This document shows, in pieces, positions 10,222 through 19,438 of a stretch of 64,000 nt of DNA; within the stretch, counting starts at the first letter, position 1, and the number at the start of each line of letters is the position of its first letter. The notes beneath the pieces were generated by a model. It worked only from the letters and a program-made list of their open reading frames with translations, had not been told where the DNA came from and did not search any database. The stretch is from Endomicrobiaceae bacterium (GTDB lineage Bacteria > Elusimicrobiota > Endomicrobiia > Endomicrobiales > Endomicrobiaceae). The stretch is taken from contig JAVBLP010000004.1 in the NCBI GenBank assembly GCA_031553505.1, positions 89,577 through 153,576 of the forward strand. The letters run 5' to 3'. The position numbers were made by a program, and so were the translations under genes.

Positions 10222-10301
10222 TAAGTGTTTAAAAACGATAATGGTTTTATTTTGCAATCATTTTTTGATTTTCGCAATTATTTTGCTTTTCAGCCGGATA
10301 T

Positions 10302-10330
10302 TTGACATTTATATTGAATATGTATATAAT
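10302..10330 (+). promoter_or_regulatory. sigma70-type promoter for trpB2 (TTGACA-17-TATAAT)
   Basis: Perfect consensus hexamers with 17-nt spacing. Implies a leader of about 150 nt before ATG 10490. Confidence 0.5.
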
Positions 10331-10489
10331 ATCGGTAATTTTTTATGAATTACTATATAAATAACTACCATTTTCCACATAAAATAAACATTTCTTTCAA
10401 ATCTCCGGGATTTCGATGGTAAGGCGTTTCTTTGCATTAACATGCAACCAACGTTAAAAACCATTGAAATTTAAACTAAGGAGACTGCC

Positions 10490-11866
10490 ATGAGCACTAA
10501 AACAAAAAAAATAATACTTGACGAAAAGGATATGCCGCGCCAGTGGTATAATATACAGGCGGATTTGCCCGAGCCGCTTGAACCGCTTTACAATACCCGC
10601 GAAGGAAGACCAGCAACAGAAAAAGATCTGGAAGCGATTTTCGCGAAAGAATGCGTTAAACAGGAATTGAGCACCGAAAGATTTATAGATATTCCGGATC
10701 AGGTAATAGACGCGTACAAAATTTGGAGGCCTTCGCCGCTTGTAAGAGCGACGAATCTCGAAAAATTTTTGGACACGCCGGCTAAAATATACTTCAAAAA
10801 TGAAGGCGTAAGCCCTTCCGGCAGCCATAAATCTAACTCAGCCGTAGCTCAGGCATATTATTGTATGAAAGACGGCACGAAAAGAATAGCAACTGAAACA
10901 GGAGCCGGACAGTGGGGTTCCGCGCTTGCGATGGCTTGCGAAATGTTCGGCATAGAATGCGTTGTATATATGGTAAAAGTATCTTACGAACAGAAGCCGT
11001 ACAGAAGATCTTTAATGCAGGTTTTCGGAGCGCAGGTATTTTCAAGCCCTTCGGACCAGACTGAAGCCGGCAGAAAAGTCCTTTCAGAAGACCCGGATAA
11101 CCAAGGGTCGCTAGGAATAGCGATTTCGGAAGCGATTGAAGACGTAATAACGCATAAAAAAGCTAAATATTCGCTCGGCAGCGTTCTCAACCACGTTGCG
11201 ATGCACCAGACAATAATAGGGCTCGAGGCAAAAAAACAGTTTGAAATTGCAGGCGATTATCCTGATATAGTAATAGCCTGCCTTGGCGGCGGTTCAAATT
11301 TTTCCGGTACGGCGTTTCCGTTTCTAATGGACAAGCTCCAGGGCAAAAACCCGAATTTGAGAGCGATAGCGGCGGAACCTTCCGCCTGCCCGAAACTTTC
11401 AAAAGGCGTGCTTACGTACGATTTCGCGGATAATTCCGGCTTTACTCCGGCGCTTAAAATGTACACCTTGGGGCATACGTTTATGCCGGGAGGAATACAT
11501 GCCGGCGGTTTAAGGTATCACGGAGCTTCACCGTTGGTTTCCGCTCTGGTCAAACACGATTTGATTGAGCCCGTAACGGTAAAACAGAAAGAAGTTTTTG
11601 AAGCTGCGGTAACATTCGCGAGAACGGAAGGAATTCTTCCCGCGCCGGAATCAGCGCACGCAATAAGAGTCGCCATAATGGAAGCCCTTAAAGCAAAGGA
11701 AGAGGGAAAATCCAAAACAATATTGTTTAATTTGTCCGGACACGGGCATTTTGATTTGTCGGCATATGATAATTACCTTTCAGGCAAAATGGTGGATTAC
11801 GATTATCCCGCCGAAAAAGTCTGCGAGGCACTTACTCACCTGCCGAAAATTGATTTAAAAAAATAA
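10490..11866 (+). CDS. TrpB2-type tryptophan synthase beta-like PLP enzyme (stand-alone)
   Basis: GSHKSN PLP-Lys motif. Long N-terminal extension (PRQWYNIQADLPEPL) typical of TrpB2. AGGAG RBS. No trpA nearby. Confidence 0.85.
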   Translation: MSTKTKKIILDEKDMPRQWYNIQADLPEPLEPLYNTREGRPATEKDLEAIFAKECVKQELSTERFIDIPDQVIDAYKIWRPSPLVRATNLEKFLDTPAKIYFKNEGVSPSGSHKSNSAVAQAYYCMKDGTKRIATETGAGQWGSALAMACEMFGIECVVYMVKVSYEQKPYRRSLMQVFGAQVFSSPSDQTEAGRKVLSEDPDNQGSLGIAISEAIEDVITHKKAKYSLGSVLNHVAMHQTIIGLEAKKQFEIAGDYPDIVIACLGGGSNFSGTAFPFLMDKLQGKNPNLRAIAAEPSACPKLSKGVLTYDFADNSGFTPALKMYTLGHTFMPGGIHAGGLRYHGASPLVSALVKHDLIEPVTVKQKEVFEAAVTFARTEGILPAPESAHAIRVAIMEALKAKEEGKSKTILFNLSGHGHFDLSAYDNYLSGKMVDYDYPAEKVCEALTHLPKIDLKK

Positions 11867-11946
11867 CGTAAGCTTCTGCGCGGGAACGGAAAAATATTTC
11901 TTTCCCGCACTGAACTTAATTTTGCCGTAATAAGAGGGGTAGCAAA

Positions 11947-12981
11947 GTGGCTAAAACAGGAATAATATGCACAATGGGGCCGGCGACGCGTTCTCTGCCG
12001 GTATTAAAAAAAATGGCTGATTCCGGAATGACGGTAGTCCGCTTGAACTTTTCACACGGAACCTACGAAGAATACGAAAAAGATTTTGCCCTCATAAGAA
12101 CGCTCAATAAAAAATACAAGAAAAACATTAAGATTCTTACCGATCTTGAAGGCCACAGGATAAGAGTCGGAAATATTAAAGACGGCAAAACCGAACTTAA
12201 AAAGAAACAAAAACTTATCCTTACAAATAAAAAAGTTACAGGCGACAACAAAAGAATAACCATCGATTATTCCGGTTCTTTAACCGACATTAAAAAAGGC
12301 ATGGACATCTTTATCGATGACGGAAATTTAAAACTTAAAGTTTTATCTTCAAAAAAAGACGAACTTATAACGGAAGTACAGATGGATTACGTTTTAAAAA
12401 CGCACAAGGGCGTCAATATTCCGCAGGCAAAGCTTAAATTCCCGCCGATGGAAGAAAAGGATTATCAGGATATGCTTTTCGCGCTTAAGCATAATGTTGA
12501 TTTTATCGCTAATTCTTTCGTTAGAAACGCTTTTGACATGAAACCGCTTATAGACATTTTAAAGGCCCTAAAAAACACTTCCTGCAAACTTATCGCGAAA
12601 ATAGAAGACAGGTCCGGTATAGATAACCTCTCAACGATTCTTGAAGCGTGCGACGGCATAATGGTTGCAAGGGGCGATATGGGAATTTCCATCCCTCTTT
12701 GGACAGTGCCAGTGGTACAGAAATATATTATAAAAAAGTGTAAGTCACGCAAAAAATTTGTAATAACCGCCACGCAGATGCTTGAAAGCATGGTAGAAAA
12801 CCCGATTCCTACAAGAGCGGAAGTCAGCGACGTCGCAAACGCTATCATTGACGGCAGCGATTACGTAATGCTTTCCGCAGAAACAGCCGTCGGGCAATAT
12901 CCCGCGGAAACCGTTGAAATGATGGGAAACATTATTAAATTTACCGAAAAAAACAGCTACCGGCTGCCGGGGATGAAGTAA
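11947..12981 (+). CDS. pyk: pyruvate kinase, short form lacking the C-terminal domain
   Basis: GTG start with AGAGGGG RBS. Motifs IICTMGPAT, RLNFSHG, AKIEDRSG, MVARGDMGISIP, TQMLESM, MLSAETAVGQYP. Ends about 30 aa after the last motif. Confidence 0.85.
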   Translation: MAKTGIICTMGPATRSLPVLKKMADSGMTVVRLNFSHGTYEEYEKDFALIRTLNKKYKKNIKILTDLEGHRIRVGNIKDGKTELKKKQKLILTNKKVTGDNKRITIDYSGSLTDIKKGMDIFIDDGNLKLKVLSSKKDELITEVQMDYVLKTHKGVNIPQAKLKFPPMEEKDYQDMLFALKHNVDFIANSFVRNAFDMKPLIDILKALKNTSCKLIAKIEDRSGIDNLSTILEACDGIMVARGDMGISIPLWTVPVVQKYIIKKCKSRKKFVITATQMLESMVENPIPTRAEVSDVANAIIDGSDYVMLSAETAVGQYPAETVEMMGNIIKFTEKNSYRLPGMK

Positions 12982-12998
12982 CAAAATTTCAATTAACA

Positions 12999-13574
12999 AT
13001 GAAAAATAATATAAAACTGCCTGCCGTTTTGGCTATCAGCTTACTGCTGGTTTTTACTGAAACGGCAGGCGCTTTTTTTTCCGGAAGTTTTGCCTTATTT
13101 ACCCATGCGGGCACCGTTATTTTAACTTCGCTTTTTCTCATGCCTAGCATTTCAACGCTTTACGGAACAAAAAGCTACGATTTAAGCGGCATACAGGTTT
13201 TAGCGGCAGTTTTAAACGCCGCGGCGTTATGCTTCATTGCCGTTTTTATCATCTTTAAAGCGGTTTCAGCTTTTTACGCTCCTAGGCATATTAATACAAT
13301 ATTAGCATGTCTTATGGTTTTTGCCGGAGGCGCCGGCATGTTTGTCTGCGCAGTCTTGCTGCGCGAAAATTATAAAAATCTCAGCCGGATTTATTTTTTG
13401 CCGGCCGGGCTTTCTATTTTTGTTATAATTGGTCTCATGGTTTCGCGTATCGCGGATATTTATTTTCTGGATCCGCTTTTAAGCATTATTTTGGCTGCGG
13501 TTATTATTATTCAGGCTGCAGTTTTAATTATAAAATCTGTTTCGGTAATGAAAAATAAAGTTTTAAAAATATAA
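12999..13574 (+). CDS. CDF-like six-helix membrane protein lacking the cytoplasmic domain and most metal ligands
   Basis: Helix-by-helix resemblance to CzcD-type CDF transmembrane domains (SFALFTHAG..., DPLLSIILAAVIIIQAAVLIK). Only 191 aa. Confidence 0.5.
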   Translation: MKNNIKLPAVLAISLLLVFTETAGAFFSGSFALFTHAGTVILTSLFLMPSISTLYGTKSYDLSGIQVLAAVLNAAALCFIAVFIIFKAVSAFYAPRHINTILACLMVFAGGAGMFVCAVLLRENYKNLSRIYFLPAGLSIFVIIGLMVSRIADIYFLDPLLSIILAAVIIIQAAVLIIKSVSVMKNKVLKI

Positions 13575-13590
13575 TGAACCGGAGAACTGC

Positions 13591-14319
13591 ATGGAAATTT
13601 TGTATTCGCTTTTAGCCGCAAGTGCGGCGATGCTTGGCGCTTTTCTTATTTTGAAGTTCCACAAATGGTCCGAAAAAAATTCTCTTTTGATAATAAATTT
13701 TGCGGCGGGCGTTATGCTTGCCATAGCGTTTACGCATCTTATTCCGGAAGGAATTGAAGCAAACCACAATGCTCCGTTTTATATCCTTTTAGGTTTTTTG
13801 ATTATGTTTTTCCTGCAGTTTATCGTTTTGTTTCATCCCTGCCACAATGATCATGAGTGCGAAACGCACTCCACAATGGGTACGGCTTCAGTAGTCGGAC
13901 TTTCTTTTCACTCTTTAATTGACGGTTTAATAATCGCTATCGGTTTTGAAGCAAACGCAAATTTAGGCATTTTAACCACTTTAGCGGTACTTTTACACAA
14001 ACTGCCTGACGGAATAACGATATCCGGGATTTTGCTCCACAGCGGCGCTTCAAAGACGAAAATTTTAAACTTTTCGCTTATGACCGCAGCTTTTACGCCT
14101 ATAGGCACAATACTTGGAATGCTGCTGTTTAAAAACATATCTCCCGAAGTGCTCGGCGCGCTTCTAGCTGCGACAGCAGGGTCTTTTATATTTCTCGCCG
14201 CATCGGACTTAATACCCGAAACCCATAAATGTGAAAACCGCCTTGCCCCTTTTATGCTTTTTGTCGGCGTTGCCGTAATGCTTGTGCTGGAATTTATAGT
14301 ACATAACCACGCGCACTAA
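13591..14319 (+). CDS. ZIP-family divalent metal transporter (ZupT-like)
   Basis: HSLIDGL and HKLPDGITISG motifs, eight hydrophobic helices, His-rich loop (HPCHNDHECETH). Confidence 0.8.
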   Translation: MEILYSLLAASAAMLGAFLILKFHKWSEKNSLLIINFAAGVMLAIAFTHLIPEGIEANHNAPFYILLGFLIMFFLQFIVLFHPCHNDHECETHSTMGTASVVGLSFHSLIDGLIIAIGFEANANLGILTTLAVLLHKLPDGITISGILLHSGASKTKILNFSLMTAAFTPIGTILGMLLFKNISPEVLGALLAATAGSFIFLAASDLIPETHKCENRLAPFMLFVGVAVMLVLEFIVHNHAH

Positions 14320-14344
14320 AAACTATTCCATATCTTTAAATAAG

Positions 14345-14386
14345 TAAAAAAACACCCGGAGCGGCGGGGTCAACGCGCTCCGGGTG
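14345..14386 (-). terminator. rho-independent terminator after the 14410..14739 gene
   Basis: 11-bp stem cacccggagcg/cgctccgggtg (14353..14363 and 14376..14386), followed on the minus strand by a T-run. Confidence 0.65.
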
Positions 14387-14409
14387 CCACTATATATGTT
14401 AACGCTTCG

Positions 14410-14739
14410 TTAGTTTGCTAAAGCAACAGCTATCAAACCTACGCCTAAAATTCCGGCGGCAATAGCAACAGCCGCGTTATTCTTTCCGTGCTGGCGCACC
14501 ACGACAACTTCTTTTTTTGAATGTTTCTTTTTTGGATGATGTTTTTGTTTTACTACGACAATTTTTTCCATTTTTTTCGGAGGGTTGTGTTTTTGCACTG
14601 CAGTTACCTGTTTATTAGCGTTTTTCTGGCCTGCATAATGACCATGTTGTGGCGCAGGCGTGTATTTTACCCCTGCGTACGCGTTTGCTCCGAATGCCAG
14701 ACACATCGCTGCCACTAAAACCACCGTAAATTTTTTCAT
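14410..14739 (-). CDS. small secreted His/Lys-rich protein with C-terminal membrane anchor
   Basis: Signal peptide. Internal repeat QKHxPKK...VVV x2. C-terminal TM AAVAIAAGILGVGLIAVALA. Followed by a hairpin and T-run. Confidence 0.5.
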   Translation of the reverse strand: MKKFTVVLVAAMCLAFGANAYAGVKYTPAPQHGHYAGQKNANKQVTAVQKHNPPKKMEKIVVVKQKHHPKKKHSKKEVVVVRQHGKNNAAVAIAAGILGVGLIAVALAN

Positions 14740-14899
14740 TGTATCCTCCTTGCTGCCGTATTATTGACACATTAACGCGGCAACCCCAAGGCTTATTGCA
14801 TGGTTTTAGCAAATTGTGCGATTTTAGTTTGTTGAACGGAATATTAAAAATGCGGTTGGTTTAATTTTTGTAACTTAACAGGCAGATTTTGCGGGCAGT

Positions 14900-15370
14900 T
14901 TATTGTATTAAATCGCTTATCAAAGCTTTAGAAACTGATATTAAGTCTTTAGGGGCAAGTTTAATTTGTAACCCGCGCACGCCGGCGCTGATATAAATAT
15001 TATCAAAGCGTAAGGCGCTTTCGTGTATGTAAACGGGGTATTCTCTCTTCATGGCAAGAGGGGAACAGCCTCCCCTGATATATCCCGTGACCTGCATAAT
15101 ATCTTTAACCGCTATCATCTCGGAGCTTTTATTGCCGGATGCTTTTGCGGCTTTTTTTAAGTCTATTTCCGCGTCCCCTGGCACTACGGCAACAAAAATA
15201 CCTGTTTTGTCGCCTTTTATAACCAAAGTTTTAAAAACCTGTTTTATATTTTGCCCGAGTTTTGCCGCAACATTAACCGCGCTTAAATCGCCCTCATCAA
15301 CGGCATATTCCGTTAAATCGTAATAAATGTTATTTTTATCTAGTATTCTGGCTGCGTTTGTTTTGTGCAT
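14900..15370 (-). CDS. ybaK: Cys-tRNA(Pro)/Cys-tRNA(Cys) deacylase
   Basis: Collinear with E. coli YbaK (TNAARILDK..., FKTLV, GYIRGGCSPL, YISAGVRGLQI). Confidence 0.8.
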   Translation of the reverse strand: MHKTNAARILDKNNIYYDLTEYAVDEGDLSAVNVAAKLGQNIKQVFKTLVIKGDKTGIFVAVVPGDAEIDLKKAAKASGNKSSEMIAVKDIMQVTGYIRGGCSPLAMKREYPVYIHESALRFDNIYISAGVRGLQIKLAPKDLISVSKALISDLIQ

Positions 15371-15376
15371 GGAAGG

Positions 15377-16273
15377 TTAACGTTCAAGCAGTTTTAGAAG
15401 TTCCGCTTTTTCAATTTCGGACATTTTTTGGTTGCCGCGCAGATAATCCGCAGCGGAAAGTCCGCTGGTATTTTTAATTTTGGGATCCGCGCCATAACTA
15501 AGCAGTATATGCGCCCTGTAACCGTTAGTACCGTAATATGCCGCGTATATAAGCGCCGTATTGCCGTGCTCATCCTGAATATTTACGTTTACGCCCTTCT
15601 GCAGCAATGCCGACAGCGCGCCGGAATTATTAGACTGGTCCATAGCCATAAAAAGAAGAATGCTTTCCCTTATTTCTTCTTCTTCATCGCCCCCTTCATT
15701 TTTCATCAACAATTCAAACATTTCAGAAGTTCTTGCGTAGGCAACGGCAGGTTTGTGGTTAAAATCCACCGTGCCGAGCATTGACCGCGCGTTTAGCAGC
15801 CATCTTGTGATCTGTATATCTCCGTTGGCGATTGAAAACATCAAGGCAATCTGCCCTTTATTGTTTCTCATGTTAACGTCGCATTCATTTTCAATCAGCC
15901 TTTTGACCGCCTCGCCGTTATCAAACTGTGCGGCGTACATCAATGGCGTATTGCCGTCTTTATCCTGGGAATCAACAATAACGCTATACTTCTTTAAAAG
16001 GGCCATTGTTTCTTTGTCTAGCTTCATGTTGTTTGCGGCGGCATAATGCAAAGCGGTTCTGTCAAAAAAATCTTTAGCGTTAACATCTACGGCTTTTTCC
16101 ATTTCCTGCTTCACTTTTTTGTATGAATTTTTATTGGAAATAGCCTTCATCAACGGCGTTGTGCTGCCGACAAAAGAAATATTGTAAACCTTGTCTTCAG
16201 AATGAATAAAGAAAAAATACGCGGCTGCCGACGCCGCTAATATAAATATTAAAATAACAATAAAACTTCTCAC
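15377..16273 (-). CDS. membrane-anchored ankyrin-repeat protein
   Basis: N-terminal TM. Repeated ankyrin motifs (DRTALHYAA, GNTPLMYAA, GQIALMFS, GNTALIYAA). GTG start. Confidence 0.8.
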   Translation of the reverse strand: MRSFIVILIFILAASAAAYFFFIHSEDKVYNISFVGSTTPLMKAISNKNSYKKVKQEMEKAVDVNAKDFFDRTALHYAAANNMKLDKETMALLKKYSVIVDSQDKDGNTPLMYAAQFDNGEAVKRLIENECDVNMRNNKGQIALMFSIANGDIQITRWLLNARSMLGTVDFNHKPAVAYARTSEMFELLMKNEGGDEEEEIRESILLFMAMDQSNNSGALSALLQKGVNVNIQDEHGNTALIYAAYYGTNGYRAHILLSYGADPKIKNTSGLSAADYLRGNQKMSEIEKAELLKLLER

Positions 16274-16287
16274 GCAAAAATCTCCGC

Positions 16288-17475
16288 CTATATTTCATTA
16301 ACCGGAAAGTATCCGGTTTTTCTGATAATTTCCTGCCCTTCCGCTGACAGTATCCATTTTATCATTTTTTTTACATTTTGGTTCTTACTGCCTGCCGTAA
16401 CGGCATAAAATTCCGCGGTTAAGGGATATTTATTATCTGCTATGTTTGCTTCGGACGGATAAATGCCGCCGATTTCAAGAATTTTTATATTTTCCTCATG
16501 CATCATCCCAAGCAGAAAAAACCTGAAAGAAAACCCTATCGCCCCTCCGTAGTTCTGATAATCCGCCACGCGCCGCACAATACCGCCCATGCCTGCCGGT
16601 ACGTCCCGGTGAGGCGCTTTCATTATTGTATCGCCATACATCAATTTTTGCAGAGCTGTCTGGCTGCCGCTTCCTTCCGGCCGCTGGAAAGCCCTTATCT
16701 TTCTGTATCTTCCCCCGACTTCTTTCCAATTTTTTATTCTGTCAGCGTAAATATCTTTTATCTGCAGTAGAGTTAAAGAGCTGACCGGGTTTTTTCGATT
16801 AACAAAAAATACAAAAGCTTCTTTTCCTATAGGGGTCATATTCAGCGTTACGCCCGCTTTTTTCGCGTCGTCCAGCTGTTTTTGCGACGGGGGAGAAACA
16901 AAAATTATGTCGGCCTTTCCTTTTATGAGGTTTTCATAGGCGTTTGCGGTATTATTGCACTGGATATATTTATTATAATATTTTTCACCGTTTATAAAAA
17001 TATATTGTTTTAAATCCGGATTTAAAGCTTCAGCAAAAGCGCCGTACACTGGGTACAAAGCGGAAGAACCGTCCAAAACGGGGAAGTCATTTTTTATTAC
17101 AATAGAAGCGGATTTATCGAGCAATGTTCTTTTTTCGCCGTGAAACGGGGCGTAATCGGAAAGGTCAACATCCTGTATAGAAACTGTCGGGACGGTGTCC
17201 TGATATGCCTGATATCCGTTACGCACAGCGATTGAGGCAGCGGCAAGCAGAACAAACGCTACGCCTATAATGACTATAACCCTTCTCTTTGATGACCAAA
17301 ACAGAAACATTATGTAAAGGACAACTAGTATTAATGCCGCTGCCGGCGCAAAAACGGCGTAAAACTTTTCTCCCGCAAACAGCGAAAGGAGCACCGCCGC
17401 GTAAGATGTGACGCTCAAAAAAGAGAGCCCTAGCACCAATAAAAATACTTTTAAAATAACTTTTCTGGTTTTCAT
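16288..17475 (-). CDS. membrane-anchored PstS-like periplasmic binding-domain protein
   Basis: Three N-terminal TM helices, then a PBP-like domain (DGSSALYPV, RPEGSGSQTA). Start overlaps the upstream stop (ATGA). Ends with TAG. Confidence 0.65.
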   Translation of the reverse strand: MKTRKVILKVFLLVLGLSFLSVTSYAAVLLSLFAGEKFYAVFAPAAALILVVLYIMFLFWSSKRRVIVIIGVAFVLLAAASIAVRNGYQAYQDTVPTVSIQDVDLSDYAPFHGEKRTLLDKSASIVIKNDFPVLDGSSALYPVYGAFAEALNPDLKQYIFINGEKYYNKYIQCNNTANAYENLIKGKADIIFVSPPSQKQLDDAKKAGVTLNMTPIGKEAFVFFVNRKNPVSSLTLLQIKDIYADRIKNWKEVGGRYRKIRAFQRPEGSGSQTALQKLMYGDTIMKAPHRDVPAGMGGIVRRVADYQNYGGAIGFSFRFFLLGMMHEENIKILEIGGIYPSEANIADNKYPLTAEFYAVTAGSKNQNVKKMIKWILSAEGQEIIRKTGYFPVNEI

Positions 17476-18548
17476 TTTATCATCTGTTTTAATAATTCGT
17501 CATTTTCGATAAAATCTTCCGCTTTTTTTAAAGACTCGTTTTCGGAAAGCACGGTGTAATAGTTTTCTTTTACTTGCGGGGCATACTGCAAAGCCTTTAC
17601 AAAATCCCTTTTATCAAACGGATTTGCGCTAACAAAAGAGGCAAAACCTGAATTTTCAAGGAAATTTTTTATCTCTTCCGCTCTGTTATCCTGAAGCAAT
17701 GCGCATAAATAAGCGGCTGTGCCTACCTGCAAACCATGCATTTTGGGTTTTTGTGGCAAATAATCTAATGCGTGCGATATTAAATGCTCGCTGCCGCTTG
17801 CAGGGCGGGAAGAGCCGGCAATTTCCATGGCTATGCCGCTTAAAACCAAAGAATTTACGAGTTTTGAGTAGAACTCGCCGGAATCAAACTTCTTTTCCGC
17901 TCCGGCATAATATAATGCCTCCAAAGAGTTATACGCAAGCATTGCGGCAAAATCATTATAATCGCTGAGTTTTTTGTTAAAAGCCTGTTTCCAGTCCCAC
18001 AAAGCAGTAACTTTAGATATCATGTCTCCGATTCCGGAAAAAAACATTTCTTTAGGCGCGCTTGCGATGATATCTAAATCGGCAACTACGCCGTAAGGGA
18101 TGTTCGCCTGTACGCTTTTTCTTTTGCCTTCCACAAGCAGCGAAGCGCCGGGGCTGCAAAAACCGTCATTTGAAACAGATGTCGGCACGCTTATAAACGG
18201 CAGCCGCAAAGTATGCGCGCAGTACTTGCTGTAATCAAGCGATTTGCCGCCGCCAATGCCTATGATAACATCCGCCCCTTGCGGCACTTTAAACGCCGTG
18301 TGTATTATGTTTTCAATATTAATATCAGATATAAAATCTTTGCGTACTATTTCAATTCCATGCTCTTTAAAGCCGGAATAAAGTTTATCCGCAACTATGT
18401 TTTCTATGCCTTCGCTGAAAAACAGCGCGGTTTTAAAATACTTCCTGTCAAAAAGATACTTGCCTATTTTGGCGGTCTTTCCGCAGCCGATTTTTAAAAG
18501 CGAGGGTATGCTTATTTCTTTATTTAACGCCACTAAAACCTCTAACAA
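17472..18548 (-). CDS. glycerol-1-phosphate dehydrogenase-like enzyme (EgsA/AraM family, Fe-ADH superfamily)
   Basis: GIGGGKSLDYSKY, SVSNDGFCSP, SGSEHLISHALD, HGLQVGTAAY motifs in the order typical of G1PDH/AraM. Confidence 0.7.
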   Translation of the reverse strand: MLEVLVALNKEISIPSLLKIGCGKTAKIGKYLFDRKYFKTALFFSEGIENIVADKLYSGFKEHGIEIVRKDFISDINIENIIHTAFKVPQGADVIIGIGGGKSLDYSKYCAHTLRLPFISVPTSVSNDGFCSPGASLLVEGKRKSVQANIPYGVVADLDIIASAPKEMFFSGIGDMISKVTALWDWKQAFNKKLSDYNDFAAMLAYNSLEALYYAGAEKKFDSGEFYSKLVNSLVLSGIAMEIAGSSRPASGSEHLISHALDYLPQKPKMHGLQVGTAAYLCALLQDNRAEEIKNFLENSGFASFVSANPFDKRDFVKALQYAPQVKENYYTVLSENESLKKAEDFIENDELLKQMIK

Positions 18549-18606
18549 TTATTTTGTATTTGCTATGCAAAAGCTTTTAATTCTGTTTCACAGCTATTGT
18601 TCATTG

Positions 18607-19263
18607 TTATTTGTAAATTGTCTTTATGTATTTTATTATATCGCCAAAACCGCCAAATTGTAAAGTTTGTATGCCCTGCTCTTTGCAAAGGCCCAATAAA
18701 ATGCCTTTGGCGAATACCGCGTCAGCTGTTCTTGCCGCTTTAATGTCCGGCCTGCCGTCACCTGCGTAGATGGTAAAAAAGCCCTGTTGCTTTAAATGTT
18801 GAACAAGCGCGTCCTTGGATACGCCGGCGTCTTTGCTATAGAAAGGGCTGCCCGGAGCGGGTGGAGTAACTTTAAAACCCGTTTGCGGAGAGTATTCGCC
18901 TTTGTTGGAAAGAAGCGTAATATTATATTTTTTTATATATTCCGGAATTCTTTTTAATATGTAGTAGTCCATGCCCGCGCTGCAGATATAAACGGGAATT
19001 TCCAGCTTTTTGCACAGTTCAAGCGTTTCCGGAAATTGCGGGTCTATTTCAATGCTTTCTATAAACTTATCAAGCTCGTTTTGCGGTATGCGCACTTTCG
19101 CAAATATACGGCTTAACGCTTCAACGTGCGTTATTTTGCCGGCAAGATAATCATCCCAGGGTTTTATATCTTCCCTGGTAAGCAGGCGGTCAATAACCAT
19201 ATTAAAAAAATCCTCTTTGGAAATCGTTCCGTCAAAATCGGAAATTAAAGCTGTTTTGGGCAT
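18607..19263 (-). CDS. HAD-IB family phosphatase (MtnX/PSP-like)
   Basis: DFDGTIS motif I, SAG motif II, GDGRPD motif IV. Confidence 0.7.
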   Translation of the reverse strand: MPKTALISDFDGTISKEDFFNMVIDRLLTREDIKPWDDYLAGKITHVEALSRIFAKVRIPQNELDKFIESIEIDPQFPETLELCKKLEIPVYICSAGMDYYILKRIPEYIKKYNITLLSNKGEYSPQTGFKVTPPAPGSPFYSKDAGVSKDALVQHLKQQGFFTIYAGDGRPDIKAARTADAVFAKGILLGLCKEQGIQTLQFGGFGDIIKYIKTIYK

Positions 19264-19400
19264 TTTATTTCTCTTTTTTTAAACATTTTTTCAATAAAAT
19301 CTTTTGTAGCTTGCTCATTTCTAAATATGTAACATTAGCTAGCATTGCACCGTTCAATCATTTTATTACTCCGCGCTAAATTTGAAAATATTTGACGGAT

Positions 19401-19436
19401 AAAAAAGCCCTGAGGTTTTTGCCTCAGGGCTTTTTG
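19401..19436 (-). terminator. rho-independent (bidirectional-looking) terminator after gyrA
   Basis: Stem aagccctgagg/cctcagggctt with loop tttttg, flanked by an A-run and a T-run. Confidence 0.75.
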
Positions 19437-19438
19437 GA

